Source: Epiperipatus broadwayi
Taxonomy: Eukaryota; Animalia; Onychophora
Length of the DNA stretch: 64,000 nucleotides
Direction of reading: 5' to 3'
NCBI GenBank assembly: GCA_028023455.1
Contig: JAQFVV010000005.1
Location: 17,670,001 to 17,734,000 of the forward strand
Shown: positions 40,761 to 53,372 of the stretch, in pieces
Position numbering within the stretch: the stretch's first letter is position 1
Layout of the letters: the number at the start of each line of letters is the position of its first letter
Notes under the pieces: model-generated
What the model was told of the DNA's origin: nothing
The model's database searches: none
What the model saw: the letters and a program-made list of their open reading frames with translations, nothing else
Position numbers and translations under genes: made by a program

Positions 40761-43724
40761 CAATGAAAATATGAAGCCTACTGTCACATTTTATATAGTA
40801 ACTCATGATCCAATTATGCTAGTATCTTACAATTTTTGAGGTGAAAACTGCAACAAGTTATGAGAAAAAACCAGTCATCTTTTTACACAGACATGGCTAT
40901 CATCACTGAGTGCATCAAGGAAGTGGAGCAATTGCAAATTAAGTTGTGACAATGTATGACAAATAAATATTGGACAAAGATGAAAAAATTTGAGAGATAT
41001 TATAAACTAGGCCTACTGAAAAGTCTTGTTCAGTGATGAAATGTATCTTGGGGTCATTTGCATTTTTTCTGATGTCTTCTTTATTTGTTTAAAATGTGAT
41101 AATGTTAGATAGTAATTTTAAAATATATTTAATATCTAGTGCATGTGTAGAAAAAAGGATGTCATTGAATGAGCAAGATCACATGACCCAATTAATGTAA
41201 AATTACATACTGATGGTGAGAGACTACCAATTATTATGAATACATCTAATTCAGAAACTTCATTATCTGGACAAACTTATAAAGCACTGATTTGATTTAT
41301 TGTTTTATTTAATGCTATAAAAAATTTATGATGATGTAAATATAAGTATAGTTTATATTTTGAAATGTTAAATAGTTATTAATAAAGCAAATTTGGATAA
41401 TATAGGAAAAGTATTAAATATAAATAATCAAATAGTTTATTGTCAAAAGAACATAAGATATTTGAACACTAGAAGTTACAATTTAGGAATTTTGTTCCAT
41501 GCATTTTGAGCTTCAGAGTCCATTATGCTTATTACTGCATTACAAGAAACAAAAAATATTTATATATAAACACAAAATTACAGATAATAGATTTACTATG
41601 CTTTTAAATTTTCAGCAGAGTTTAGACTTATAACTGGAGGTGACCTTATTATTGAAATCAAAAAAGTCACAAATCCAAAAATAAAATATAGGAACAAGGT
41701 ATTTCAGATACATTATAGTATACCTATATTGTCTTTTAATGTAATTTAAAGTCTAACTTGATCTAAAAATAATTTGTCTAATAAATAATTATTATTTGTA
41801 AATTTATTTATTTAAAGATGATAATTATCAATGAGTGTGTAAATAGTAATTATGGAGATTGTAAACTGACTTATGACAATAGTAAGTATATCTATCTTCA
41901 ATACTAGAGTCTCGGCTATTGAAGAGTGATTTTAAGAAAAGATGTAAACATTTTTTATTTTTTCTATTATAAGTTCTCTTTATCACAGGCTGATTAGTAA
42001 AATGAAATATTTATTTCTATTAGAAGCAAATCTATTTTTATGAACTCCATCTAGTTTTTACAAATATGGTAAAAGTAGGTTATTTAAAAAATAAAATTTA
42101 AACACTATTCACTAATGATTTATATTCACTACAAGCTGGTTTTTTTGACACCCTCCAAATGGGAGTTTCAGTTATATTTGCAACATTTTATTTTAACAAT
42201 TAAACCTTAAGTTTACAGTATATATTGATGATTGTTACATCATTTATTACATATAAATATACAAATGAAACATTTTAAAAATAATATTTTTATTTTGCAA
42301 ATATAGAAGAAAAAGTACTCAAGTGAAATACATAATGAGAATAACTTTTTTCTTATTGGATGATTATTGTATTTCCAATTTAAAAAAATATTGAACAAAT
42401 TATTTCTTATTTGAATTTCATTTTAAAAATCTGAATGAGTTAGTTCAGATATGTTAAGCAACAAAATTCAGTTTTAAAATTTGAAAGTGAACTTATTAAA
42501 ATTTCACAAAAAAAAAAGAGCTGCACTGATATTTATGAAAGTGTTTCTTTTTCAGAGAATTAGAATTTCTACTTTACTGCAAACCTTTTTGAATAAAATC
42601 TAAGTGTAATCATGAATATTTTTAGTTTAAAATACATATTTTAATATATAGCATAAATAATCTAAACAATCATAAATGTGTAAATAAACTATGGAAAATA
42701 CATGTAATGTTTCTTTCCAAAGTAACAAAAGAAAAATTCTTGCAAGCACTCTCGAAGACTAAGAACCAAAAATCTACCAATCAGCCACATTGTCAGTTTC
42801 TTTGAATTACATCATCTTCAGCTGTTTTAAACTAATAAACCAATAGGTTAAGTTTCTAGCATTAAATGAACACAAAAACAATGAAATAGCATGATAGCTA
42901 GCCACAAGTGAGTTAAAAAAGTGATAGTATACTGAAAAAACACAATGGGAGACTTTAGGTTTACAATTTATCAATACATGGTGATTTTTATTTAAAATTT
43001 TTGTTTAAAGTAATTTTTGACTCATCTAATTTAGATAGACAAAATTAATTGTATTAAAAACTATGTCCAAACAAAAATGTCTAAACAAAAGTTTGAAGAT
43101 ATTCATTTATTATTTTCAAAGTATTTGGTTTTATCAATTCCTCCTTACTTCAACTCCATTAGGTTGCAATCATTTACCATTGCAGAAACTCAGACTAGCC
43201 TCTCAATATGTATGCATTTTGTGAACAACATTCACTCTTCAATTTAGCTAAAAGCAGCAGACATCTTGAATCTCCATGCCCACATGACAGCTTAAAGCTC
43301 ATTTTTATTCTCTTTTAACACCTTGTGGAAATTATGTTAAATAAATCTTTCAAAAAACTTACTTCTTGGCATTTTTCACCTGATTTTTTATTTAATAATC
43401 TAACACAAACATGCAATAAACACATTTTGTAAATATACACACACTTTTACTACTATTATTAATATACTTTATATATAGAATAGAAAATTAATAAATTAAA
43501 AAATAATATATATTTAAAATATAAAAAAATTATATAAAAAGGGTGTATATATTAATATTACTATAATCTTATTGTATTCTTGTGCAAATAAACAAAAAAT
43601 AAAGCAATGCAATTGCATTTTAACAGGACTGAAGAAGACTTTTAGACAGTCAAAACTATTAGATAACTGAATAAAAAGTATTATGAAAAGTACCAAAAAA
43701 CTATCACAACAAAAAACTACAAAA

Positions 43725-43919
43725 ACCTATCACATGATCACTACTTCCTACGCTAGCACATAACTGTTATTAAAACAGGAAACACTCTCCATACAGTAGT
43801 AGTTTGAAGATATTGGATGAGGCACTATATGGGGATTTTATGCACAAGCCTTCAAACATCGATTGATTACTCTGGTTGGCACTGAGTGGCACTACTGTAT
43901 GGAGAGTTCTGCCTGTTTT
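43725..43919. mobile_element. Family A copy A5 (inverted two-arm insertion)
   Basis: 17-bp TSD AACAAAAAACTACAAAA at 43708-43724 and 43920-43936. The sense arm starts at or within a few nt of the hammerhead cleavage position. Confidence 0.85.
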
Positions 43920-44739
43920 AACAAAAAACTACAAAAGTTGTTTTGTTTTTTTTTAAAAAAAAAAGAAGATTCACCAACATTTTTTAGATTTAACTTCATA
44001 TTCTTGAGTTATAATAAGTTATAATCAAAAACAATATACAATAATAACTAATGCAATGCATAAAATAACATATTCGTGATTAAAATGATGGTAAATCGAA
44101 TGCATTATTATGCTCACTCTAATTTTTGGTATAACGTGTTTTGTATAGCTTTTCTCAAATATAGCAAAAATTTGTGCACGGGTTTAATAGGATGAATAAA
44201 CTGCAAAGGTGTCAACAAGAACAAAATATTTCTTTGTTAAGTTATAGGAGCAAAAGAATGTGATAGATTAATATAAATGTATTTATTGTTTACATACAAA
44301 GAGAGACTTTAATTTTTGTATGTTTGATGATTTATCATGCATGCATGTACACAAAAACATCTTAGAGAGAAATTCCTTTAAAATAAAGAGAACATTATTT
44401 TATAATAATAATTTTTCCAGAACATAGATAGAAATCATTGATGAAAATCAAATATAACTTGTTCCTTGATTTCAACATTTTCTGTCAAAAGTCTTTTGAA
44501 TGAATAATCTACATTCAAAAAATTATATAACATTCATAAAACAATAAGTTCAAAATGAGCTGCTAATTATTACTGATGCTAATCAAATAATTTTTTATTG
44601 TTTGATCACACTATAAAAAACAATTGAATGGTTAATATTCTTCCGGAAATCGTAAGATCATGCAACAGAAGTGACAGTTGGAGCTATGGCTCATATGAGC
44701 TCCATAGTATGTCAAACTATGCAGGACAAATGAATCAAT

Positions 44740-45240
44740 AATCATATGGTTTATTGCTCATAAATTAATAAAAAAGCTTGAACACTAAAACTGGCAGAGT
44801 TGGAATTATGACCCATGAACTCTCAACTTCGTAGTTAGCCACTGCTTTAAACCAAGTACAACTAAATAATAAAATGATTTGTTGCATAAAAGTTCATAAA
44901 TGATTTGAATACTGGAAGTGACAGAGAAAATGAAACCATGATCAATGAAACTTAAACTCCAAAGTTTGTTGCTGTAGTACTGCATTAAGTTATTCTGGTT
45001 CAAATAATGAAATAATTTATTGCTCACAAGTTCATAAAAGGGTTGAGCACCAGAAACAGGGCTCGGACCACAATCATTGGATCTTAAATTCTCAAGTTTG
45101 CCACTCAATCATTGCATTAAAGCAAGCAGCAATGATAAAATGGGTTATTGCTTGGGAATTCATAAAAAATTCAAGTACTAAAAGTACCAGAGACGGAACA
45201 TGATGATGAGCCACACTACCATTATTAACAAATCATGCAG
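44740..45240 (-). mobile_element. Cluster of an old SINE-like repeat family (also ~22190-22360, ~25700-25800, ~41430-41550)
   Basis: Recurring plus-strand motif GTTTATTGCTCAGGAAT...AAGT/ACTAAAAGT, with a decayed tRNA-like head on the minus strand. Confidence 0.4.
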
Positions 45241-45783
45241 GGCATTACTATTAATAGACTCTCTTGAGACAATAAACCGGCTTCCAGAAGATTTCTTAAT
45301 AAGCATACAGCATGTAAAAAAAAACTGTCAAAAGTCAATGAAATTTGCTCATTGTTGTGCTATTAAAATAAACCACAAGTAAACCTGATTGCATTTATAA
45401 TTTTTAAAAATCAAAATCTATTTATTTTAAAAAAAAACAACTAACTTTGCCAATTTAGATGTCAGGTGGTTTGATATTTGGCATCCAGTTTCTATTGGTT
45501 AATCTTGAACATGTCAGGAATATCACCCTGATATCATTAATCAGTTTAAATCCACACTATAGAGAGAAAATAAAGCTGACCAGTAATTAACAGAAAAGTT
45601 AATTAGCTTTCTAAATACTGCATATATATTTTATAACAACATTCACTTCGAAAAATAAAAAATTTAAATCAAAAGTGAAAAGAAAGTATTTAAATAAAGG
45701 GTCTTAAAAAGAAAAAAAAGTTCTACATAATTAATCATATTTGTATACTTGTGTTTATATATACATTTCTACATGCACAATAT

Positions 45784-47784
45784 CATCATCATCATCATCA
45801 ACCATTATCAATCCTGCAGGATGAAGGTCTCTCCAAGTTTAATCCATCTTCTCTTCTCCACAACACCCCTGCACATTTTCTTATTTCATTCATCCATCTT
45901 ACATGTGGTCTCTTTCTGGGTCTTTTACAATCTCTTGGAATCCAGTTTAAGATTTCAATTGTCCATCTATTATCATCTCTTCTAGCAATATGTCCAGCCC
46001 AACTCCATTTTCAATCTTTTAATTTTTTCAATAAGGTCAGTAACACCCGTTTGTTGTCTTACCCATACATTGCGTTTTCGATCTCTTCTTGTTACTCCCA
46101 ACATACATCTCTCCATACTTCTTTGAGTGGTCTGAAGTCTCTGTATTGCTTTTCTATTAAGTGTCCAAGTCTCAGATCCATAAGTAAGAACTGGTAAAAC
46201 ACATTTGTTAAAAACCATCCTTTTCAAACACATAGGCATATTTCCTTTTAGTATCAAGTTATTTCTACCAAAAGCACTCAAAACAAGTTTAATTCTATGA
46301 TTAATTTCCTCCATTATGTTTCAATCTGTATTAATAATCTGACCAAGGTATTTGTAACTGTTAACTTCTTCTAATTCTTCATAATCAATCTTTATTTTCA
46401 TATTTTGAGCAAATCGATTAAACATTACTTTAGTCTTTTTAACATTTATCTTTAGTCCTACTTTTCTACCTTCATCTGCTAACTCCTGCAACATTTCCTG
46501 CAGCTCTGAAGCATTATTTGCAAAAACAACTACATCATCTGCGAAATCTAAATGACTTAAATACTCTCCATTTACTTTCACTCCTTTAGTTTCCCATTTT
46601 AACCCACAAAATACTTCTTGCAGCACTGCTATAAAGAGTTTTGGAGATATGGAGTCACCTTGTCTTACACCTTTCTCAATGTTGATTTTTCCAGTATCAT
46701 TATGTAATCTAATTGTTGCTGTTGCATTTTTATAAATATTCTTTAAAATATGACAATATCCTGGATCTATACCTTGATGATCCAATGCTTTAATCACTGA
46801 AGAAATGTGTATAGAATCGAATGCCTTTTCATAATCTACAAATCCAAAACATAATGACAACTCATATTCATTTGTCCTTTCTATGACTTCTCTCAATACC
46901 TGGATATGATCTATTGTACTAAAACCACTTTTAAATCCAGCTTGTTCTCTTGGTGGAAATCCAAAGTTCTCTGTAGACTCTTTGTAATTATCTTGGTAAA
47001 ATTTTTATATAAAACTGATAAAAGGCTGATAGGTCTGTAATTTCTAATATCTTCTTTATCACCTTTTTTAAATATTAATATTATTACTGCATTCTTCCAA
47101 TCTTCCGGTACATCTTTATCATTTAGACATTTGGTATATAACTTTGCTAAAATTGTTTCTATTTCTTCACTTGCTTCTTTTAATATATCAATTATAATTC
47201 CATCATTTCCTGGAGCCTTTCCTTTCTTCATACACTTAATTGCATGTCTCACTTCTTCATTTAAAATTCTTGGCAATTCGGAAGATGTAATAGATATAGG
47301 AGGTACTTGTTCTTTATTACTATATAATTCTTGATAAAAATCTTCTACCAATTTCATGATGTCATCTCTCTTTTTAATAATAATTCCATCTTTTTTTCTT
47401 ATTGCAGATATAAATTTCCTACCAATACCAAAATGTTGTTTAACATTTTTGAGACTTTTATTTTCTTCTACAGCTTTCCTTGCTATTAACTGAAAGGAGA
47501 CCCTTTGATTCCTCTTGGAGGCCTTAAAGGAACCGAGCAGGGCAAATTCCTAATGTCCACTCCATACGTTCTTGTCGTTGCAGCTGTTATTACTATGTGA
47601 TTATTCATATAGTATACGAACATGGATGGGCTGCTCACCAACACGCATTAGCCAGAGTGGTGAGTTTATTGGCTTTTTACCTCTGAGTTTAAGATCAAGA
47701 AACACCATGGTCTTTCTTCTCAGCGCCTGATAAGGCAGAATGAATGTTTGTGTAAATGATAAATATTTTTTTTCCCATACATAT
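45784..47784 (-). mobile_element. Young RTE LINE with RT domain, 5' inversion and internal deletion
   Basis: RT motifs DYEKAFDSI, GVRQGDSISPKLF and FADD are present with frameshifts. (TGA)n tail at 45784. The 5'UTR segment is inverted at 47486-47784. 11-bp TSD ATGCACAATAT at 45773-45783 and 47785-47795. Confidence 0.95.
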
Positions 47785-48584
47785 ATGCACAATATAGTAT
47801 AATATAAATCAAGATTAGTGAATAATCCTGAGAACTAATTATAACTGTAGGAAAATAACACTTTCTTTATTAATATATTATTTTAGATTATTAATATTCA
47901 GGTGAGATAAATAGTTGTGTAGATTATATGGAAGTGGCAAGTTGAGCTTTTATCTGGGAACATTTAAATATTAAGTTACCCTAACGTAGCCTAAATGGCA
48001 CCCTCCAGGTGTCTCATTCTCTCTGCATTACGTAGTGTTGAATCTGTAAACAGAAGACGTTGCTGTCCAATTTTTATTTTTAAAAAAATCACGAAAACAA
48101 AGTAAATAAATTTATTTTTTAAAAGATCTGTTTAATAATTTCTTCCTATTGGGACTATGCCAAGATTGTTATCAGTCCCCCATCTTACATGCTCAGATTA
48201 CAATAGAGTTTTCACATTTGATAACAACAGTTTGAAAAGATTTGCCTTTTTTTTTTTTATAGCATTTCCCAAGAGTTATGGAATCTCATTAATGCTTGAC
48301 TCAGTCTTTTGCAATATTTGAACAAAAACAATTCAATTTTTTATATATATATAAAAAAACGAACAATTTTAAAACAATAAAGAAAGATAAACTGGTATAA
48401 AAGCTGATTAAATTTTAACATAATAAACAGAACAATTAGCAAAGGGAATATAATTAATTAAGTCATGCGAATCTTCTTATAATTGTTTGGTGTTGATACA
48501 AATTTAAATAAAAACAATTTTATTATTTTCCCTGGGTAATAACTATAAGAATAGCTGATCAATCAGCAAGGAATTTGATTTTAC

Positions 48585-49092
48585 TACCATGCCATCTATT
48601 GGTAAATGACTGTTATTAGTTTGTAGCAGGTTAAGTTTAATCACTTACGTAGAAGGATTCTCATAAACAAGTGTATAAAATACCTGACTATTGTCTTTGA
48701 CAAAATAGTCTATTTATTTACAGAGTTTACTTAAATTCACTATTCAAAAATCTTAAGAAAGATTATAATAATAGTTTGATCCATTAGTAAAAAATTTGAT
48801 ACTATCGCCGTTATCTATTAACAAGTGACTGATATTAATTTTTAGCAGATTAAGTTTAAAGAGTTATTTAGGAGGGCTTTCATAGACAAGTATATAAAAT
48901 TCCTGATTGTTGTCATTGACAGAATAGCCTACTTGGTTAGAGCATTTCCTTAAATTCGGTAGTCATAAGTCTTATAAAGACTACGGTGTGAGTTGGTTCA
49001 CTAGTAGAAAATTTGCTTTTGGTACCACGCTATCTATTGACAAATGACTGTTACTAATTTTCAGTAAATTAAGTTTAAAGAGTCACTTAGGA
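48585..49092. repeat. Diverged ~219-bp tandem repeat (about 2.5-3 units)
   Basis: The motif ATCTATT..CAAATGACTGTTA.TA.TTT..AG.A..TTAAGTTTAA recurs at ~48585, ~48803 and ~49022. Confidence 0.7.
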
Positions 49093-49647
49093 CAATGGTG
49101 TGCAACCTTTTTATACTTGTGATCCCATACTTGAATTGAAATTTTACACAACCCATTATATGTTGTTACCATCCTATTATAAGTATATAACGCTAGTAAT
49201 AATAAAAGTCGTTTTACCACAGACAAATATATATCAAAATGCGAAATAGGTTTTTAAAAAAATATTTAATACTTGCAACTTTTTTATCCTGTTTTAGAAA
49301 ATGTGTACATTCAAGAACCACATATCAACATTAGAAGAATAGTAGCACAAAGAACAAAATTCTAAGAGTGAACAAGAGAAATGAGATCAATATAAGTGAA
49401 GTGTCATTATGATGCGCTGTTTATATAAAGCAGATTGAAATATAAAGAAAGAAATGTTTAAACACAAAAGTGGTCAGATACACAATAATGAATTTAGCAG
49501 TTTTCATATATAAGTTAATGGTGCTTAGGTTTTTGTTTTTTCAATTAAAAATTATCTAACAGGAGAACTTCTCAAAATTTTCATGACTCCCAACAAATTT
49601 TTCTGCGATTCCTTGAGAGATTGCAACACACAGATTACACACTACTA
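49093..49647. mobile_element. hAT-type non-autonomous element (MITE)
   Basis: Left TIR CAATGGTGTGCAACC, decayed right TIR GATTACACACTACTA, 8-bp TSD ACTTAGGA/ATCTAGGA (6/8 match). Confidence 0.6.
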
Positions 49648-50599
49648 ATCTAGGAGGACTATTCAGTTGGTTGGAAGAACATTTTAAATTCAGTATTTGT
49701 AAATCTAAAGATCACAGTTCAAAGCCCATGCTAGCTATCATCCGAAAAAAAAGTATTCCCACTTAAAACACTGTATAATGCATTTAGAAAGGTAAGTAAA
49801 GTTTGAAATTAGAAAAAAAAAACATTTAAGAATTTAACTACATAATGGAAATATTTCAACCTATCGGCAAGAAAAACACCATCATCACAAACCTTCAGTC
49901 AGTTTTTCATTATTCACTAATGTTATACTATTTTCTAAAAACATGTTGGATACTATAAAATTCAGTTTGACAATAAACAATGACAAATCATAGAAAAAAT
50001 ACTAGTTTAAATCATTTGCCAAGACTTCAAGCTCATTATGCCTGACAAAACTAAATCTATTTCCTTATTTTTACATTAATCTTCAGAAATATCTATTTCA
50101 TTAGCATTAAGTATTCATAATTGAATATCATTTTTGAGTAAAGAAAGATTACATAAATTGAAAGAAGTATAAACATCATTGGAATTTGCAAAGTTAGAAT
50201 TTGAAAAGTGGACATGTACTTTACTATAAATACACAAATATTGGAAGCACAAGTGGAGTAAGTTTATCATAAATTTTAAAAAAACATTAGATTGATGGTA
50301 TATTAGACAGAGTGATAAGATTAGTTATTCATATTAATGAAAGCTACCAAATGCAAATAATACAGATTTATGCTCCAATGAGTTCTTATTGTGATGAAAA
50401 AGTAGAGGATTTTTATTTAAATGCAAAAAATACTTTTGATTACAACAAACATTCTAAAATTATCATGAGAGACTTTAATGTTAGAATAGGAATGCAATTA
50501 AACAAAAAAAGGACAATATGTAAATTTTGGTTATGGTGATAAAAATGAGAGACTACACAGACTTATGGAATTTTCAGAATATATATATAATTCAATATA

Positions 50600-51100
50600 T
50601 AAACATAAAAATATGATTTGCACTATCAACTCATACACACACAAAACTGAATTTTCAGAATTCTTTATATATCAAAATAATACAAAATAAAATAAATAAT
50701 TATAAATGTGGCCGAGCGCTTTCAAGGAACACAGCCCTCATAATCATAGACATGTTGTAACAAACAAGACAGGTGTGATGCAAATTTATGCAAATGACTT
50801 TATGTATTCTGTTTCCTGGATATATTGTAGCGCATGCCTTTTCTGTTGATGGTATGATTGTCCCTAGCAATGATGCAAGTCTCCTACACAATATATCCAA
50901 GAAATGGAATACATAAAGCAATTTGCATTACACTTAACTTGTCTTGTTTGTTACAACATGGCTATGACTATGAGAGCTACGTCCCTTGAAAGCACTCAGC
51001 CACATTTATAATTATTTATTTTATTTTGTATTATTTTGATATATAAAGAATTTTGAAAATTCAGCTTTGCGTGTGTTAGCGCAAATCATATTTATATACT
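50600..51100. mobile_element. ~500-bp foldback/MITE palindrome inserted in the old RTE
   Basis: Arms of ~230 bp pair almost continuously (for example GCCGAGCGCTTTCAAGG 50711 with CCTTGAAAGCACTCAGC 51000). Centre ~50855, loop ~50 nt. Confidence 0.85.
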
Positions 51101-51327
51101 TGTATCTCACCGCAAAGTTTAAACAACTCACTTATTTCAATAATTCAATATAAATAATATATACAAAACACATACTAAGAAAAGCTTGTTTAATACTTTA
51201 AAATAAATATACTAAATATATTAAAATAGTATGCTAAGCATGCTTTTGACTAATTAGTAGTCATAATCATTATTTAAATCTCTTGGAATTAATATATATG
51301 TAAATAGTAAATCACTCAGATTACACG

Positions 51328-51423
51328 TAATTGAACAGAAATAACTGAAGCTTGCAAAGAGTTATATCCATAAATATCTTTTAGATAACTCATAGGAACC
51401 TTCAGTTACTTCCTGTTCAATTA
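51328..51423. repeat. ~96-bp hairpin
   Basis: TAATTGAACAGAAATAACTGAAG pairs with CTTCAGTTACTTCCTGTTCAATTA, with an inner GAGTTAT/ATAACTC stem. Confidence 0.7.
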
Positions 51424-52999
51424 TATATATATTATGAATTCTTTCTTTTTAAAAAATATTAAATGAAAATGCAATAGATTGGATTATATTTTTACTAATA
51501 AAAATATTAGACACAGACCGCTACAGTCTGATACAAGATCCTGTATTAGTCTACCATATATACCAGGATTATCTCATAGTCTGTATACCACTTATTCAAA
51601 CATATACAATGTTAGTTTCAGGACCACTTCTCAATAAACTAATAATAACGAGCAAACTACCCCCAGAACAACCCTTACAGATGTATATAGAATCGAAAGC
51701 AGCAATTTGGTTTATAATGCAGTTTACTTTGGAGAGTACCACAGCATACATATCATTATAACCATGCTAAATCCAACTTCAATGTTAAATCAATCTTTTT
51801 AGAGCATGAAATTGAGAACTACTATCCCACTCCTATGATAGGAATGAAAGTTAGGACTGTTAAGTTCTGAACAAAATAACAAGAAGTTGAAAAAACCATA
51901 GCCCATTTCTAACAATGCCCACACTATTAATAAAAAATAATCTTGCATTCTCCCTATCAAAAAAAAATGGCTTATTTAAATTACCCATTCACATATACAC
52001 TTCATTTAGATATCACCTCAGACACTTGAGAATAAGCAAGACTGCCTTCAGTAGATTACTTACCTACGAATATGACTATAAATAGTCAAAAACATACTTA
52101 GCATTGCAAAAATATTATAAATAATAATCTCTTTTAAACACCAGAAAACGTATTTTATATTGAATTACATTAAAAAGAAAAGTAAAATTATTGAATAATA
52201 AAAAATATATATTTCAATATTGTTTTGCTCTTAATAGATTAAACACAGAAAATCAATATTGACTAATGAGATGTAAGATAACCAATAATGCAAAACTAAA
52301 GAAACAAAAACTATTTAAAAAAAGACAGTTTTAATTGTTAATATTCTTCAATCCAATGAATTTAAATTAAAACTTGCTAATCATTTCAAAATGAAAACAG
52401 ATTTTGAAGATGGAATTTAAATGTAAGTAAAATTAATCACAAGACAACTGATATTCTACTAAAAGAACAACAAAAAGCAGCAATTCCCGACCAAATTTTC
52501 AAATGAGAGAAATATCTGGAGTTCAGTAAAATGGTACAAAAAGGAGTTAAAAATGATATAAATATATATAATTAAAAATTGGCAATATAACATTTTAAAG
52601 GAGAATACAAGTTTCAAAAGTATAAAACAAAATCTTGGTAATAGAAAAAAGTTCTATCTGAAATAATAAGACAGAATGAAACTATTACTAAGAAGAGAGA
52701 TGGCATCATAAAATGTAATGAAGAGTTTTACAAAGAATTGTAATAAGCAAGAATTAAATAAATTAATCACTACAATTATTACATCTGAATTGTTTAAATT
52801 GAAATGAAGAGGTGAGACATTCAATTAAACCTATAAAAAAAGCTCCAGAAAATGAAATTATTAGTGATATCTTAAAAGAAGCAGGTTAAGAAATAGAAAA
52901 ATTGTAGTCAAAACTATATACCAAATATCTAAATGATCAAGACATCGTATAATTGGAATATTGATATTTAAGAAAAATTTCAAAGAAAATAATACAGAG

Positions 53000-53372
53000 A
53001 CTTCAGACCACTCAAAGAAGTATGGAGAGGTGTATGTTGGGAGTAACAAGAAGAGATCGAAAACGCAATGTATGGGTAAGACAACAAACAGGCGTTACTG
53101 ACCTTATTGAAAAAATTAAAAGATTGAAATGGAGTTGGGCTGGACATATTGCTAGAAGAGATGATAATAGATGGACAATTGAAATTTTAAACTGGATTCC
53201 AAGAGATTGTAAAAGACCCAGAAAGAGACCACATGTGAGATGGATGGATGAAATAAGAAAATGTGCAGGGGTGTTGTGGAGAAGAGAAGCTAAAGATCGG
53301 AGAAGATGGATTAAACTTGGAGAGACCTTCATCCTGCAGTGGATTGATAATGGTTGATGATGATGATGATGA
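53000..53372 (+). mobile_element. Young RTE 3' fragment nested in the old RTE
   Basis: Encodes MERCMLGVTRRDRKRNVWVR...KWSWAGHIARRDDNRWT...GETFILQWIDNG* and ends in a (GAT)n tail. Confidence 0.93.
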
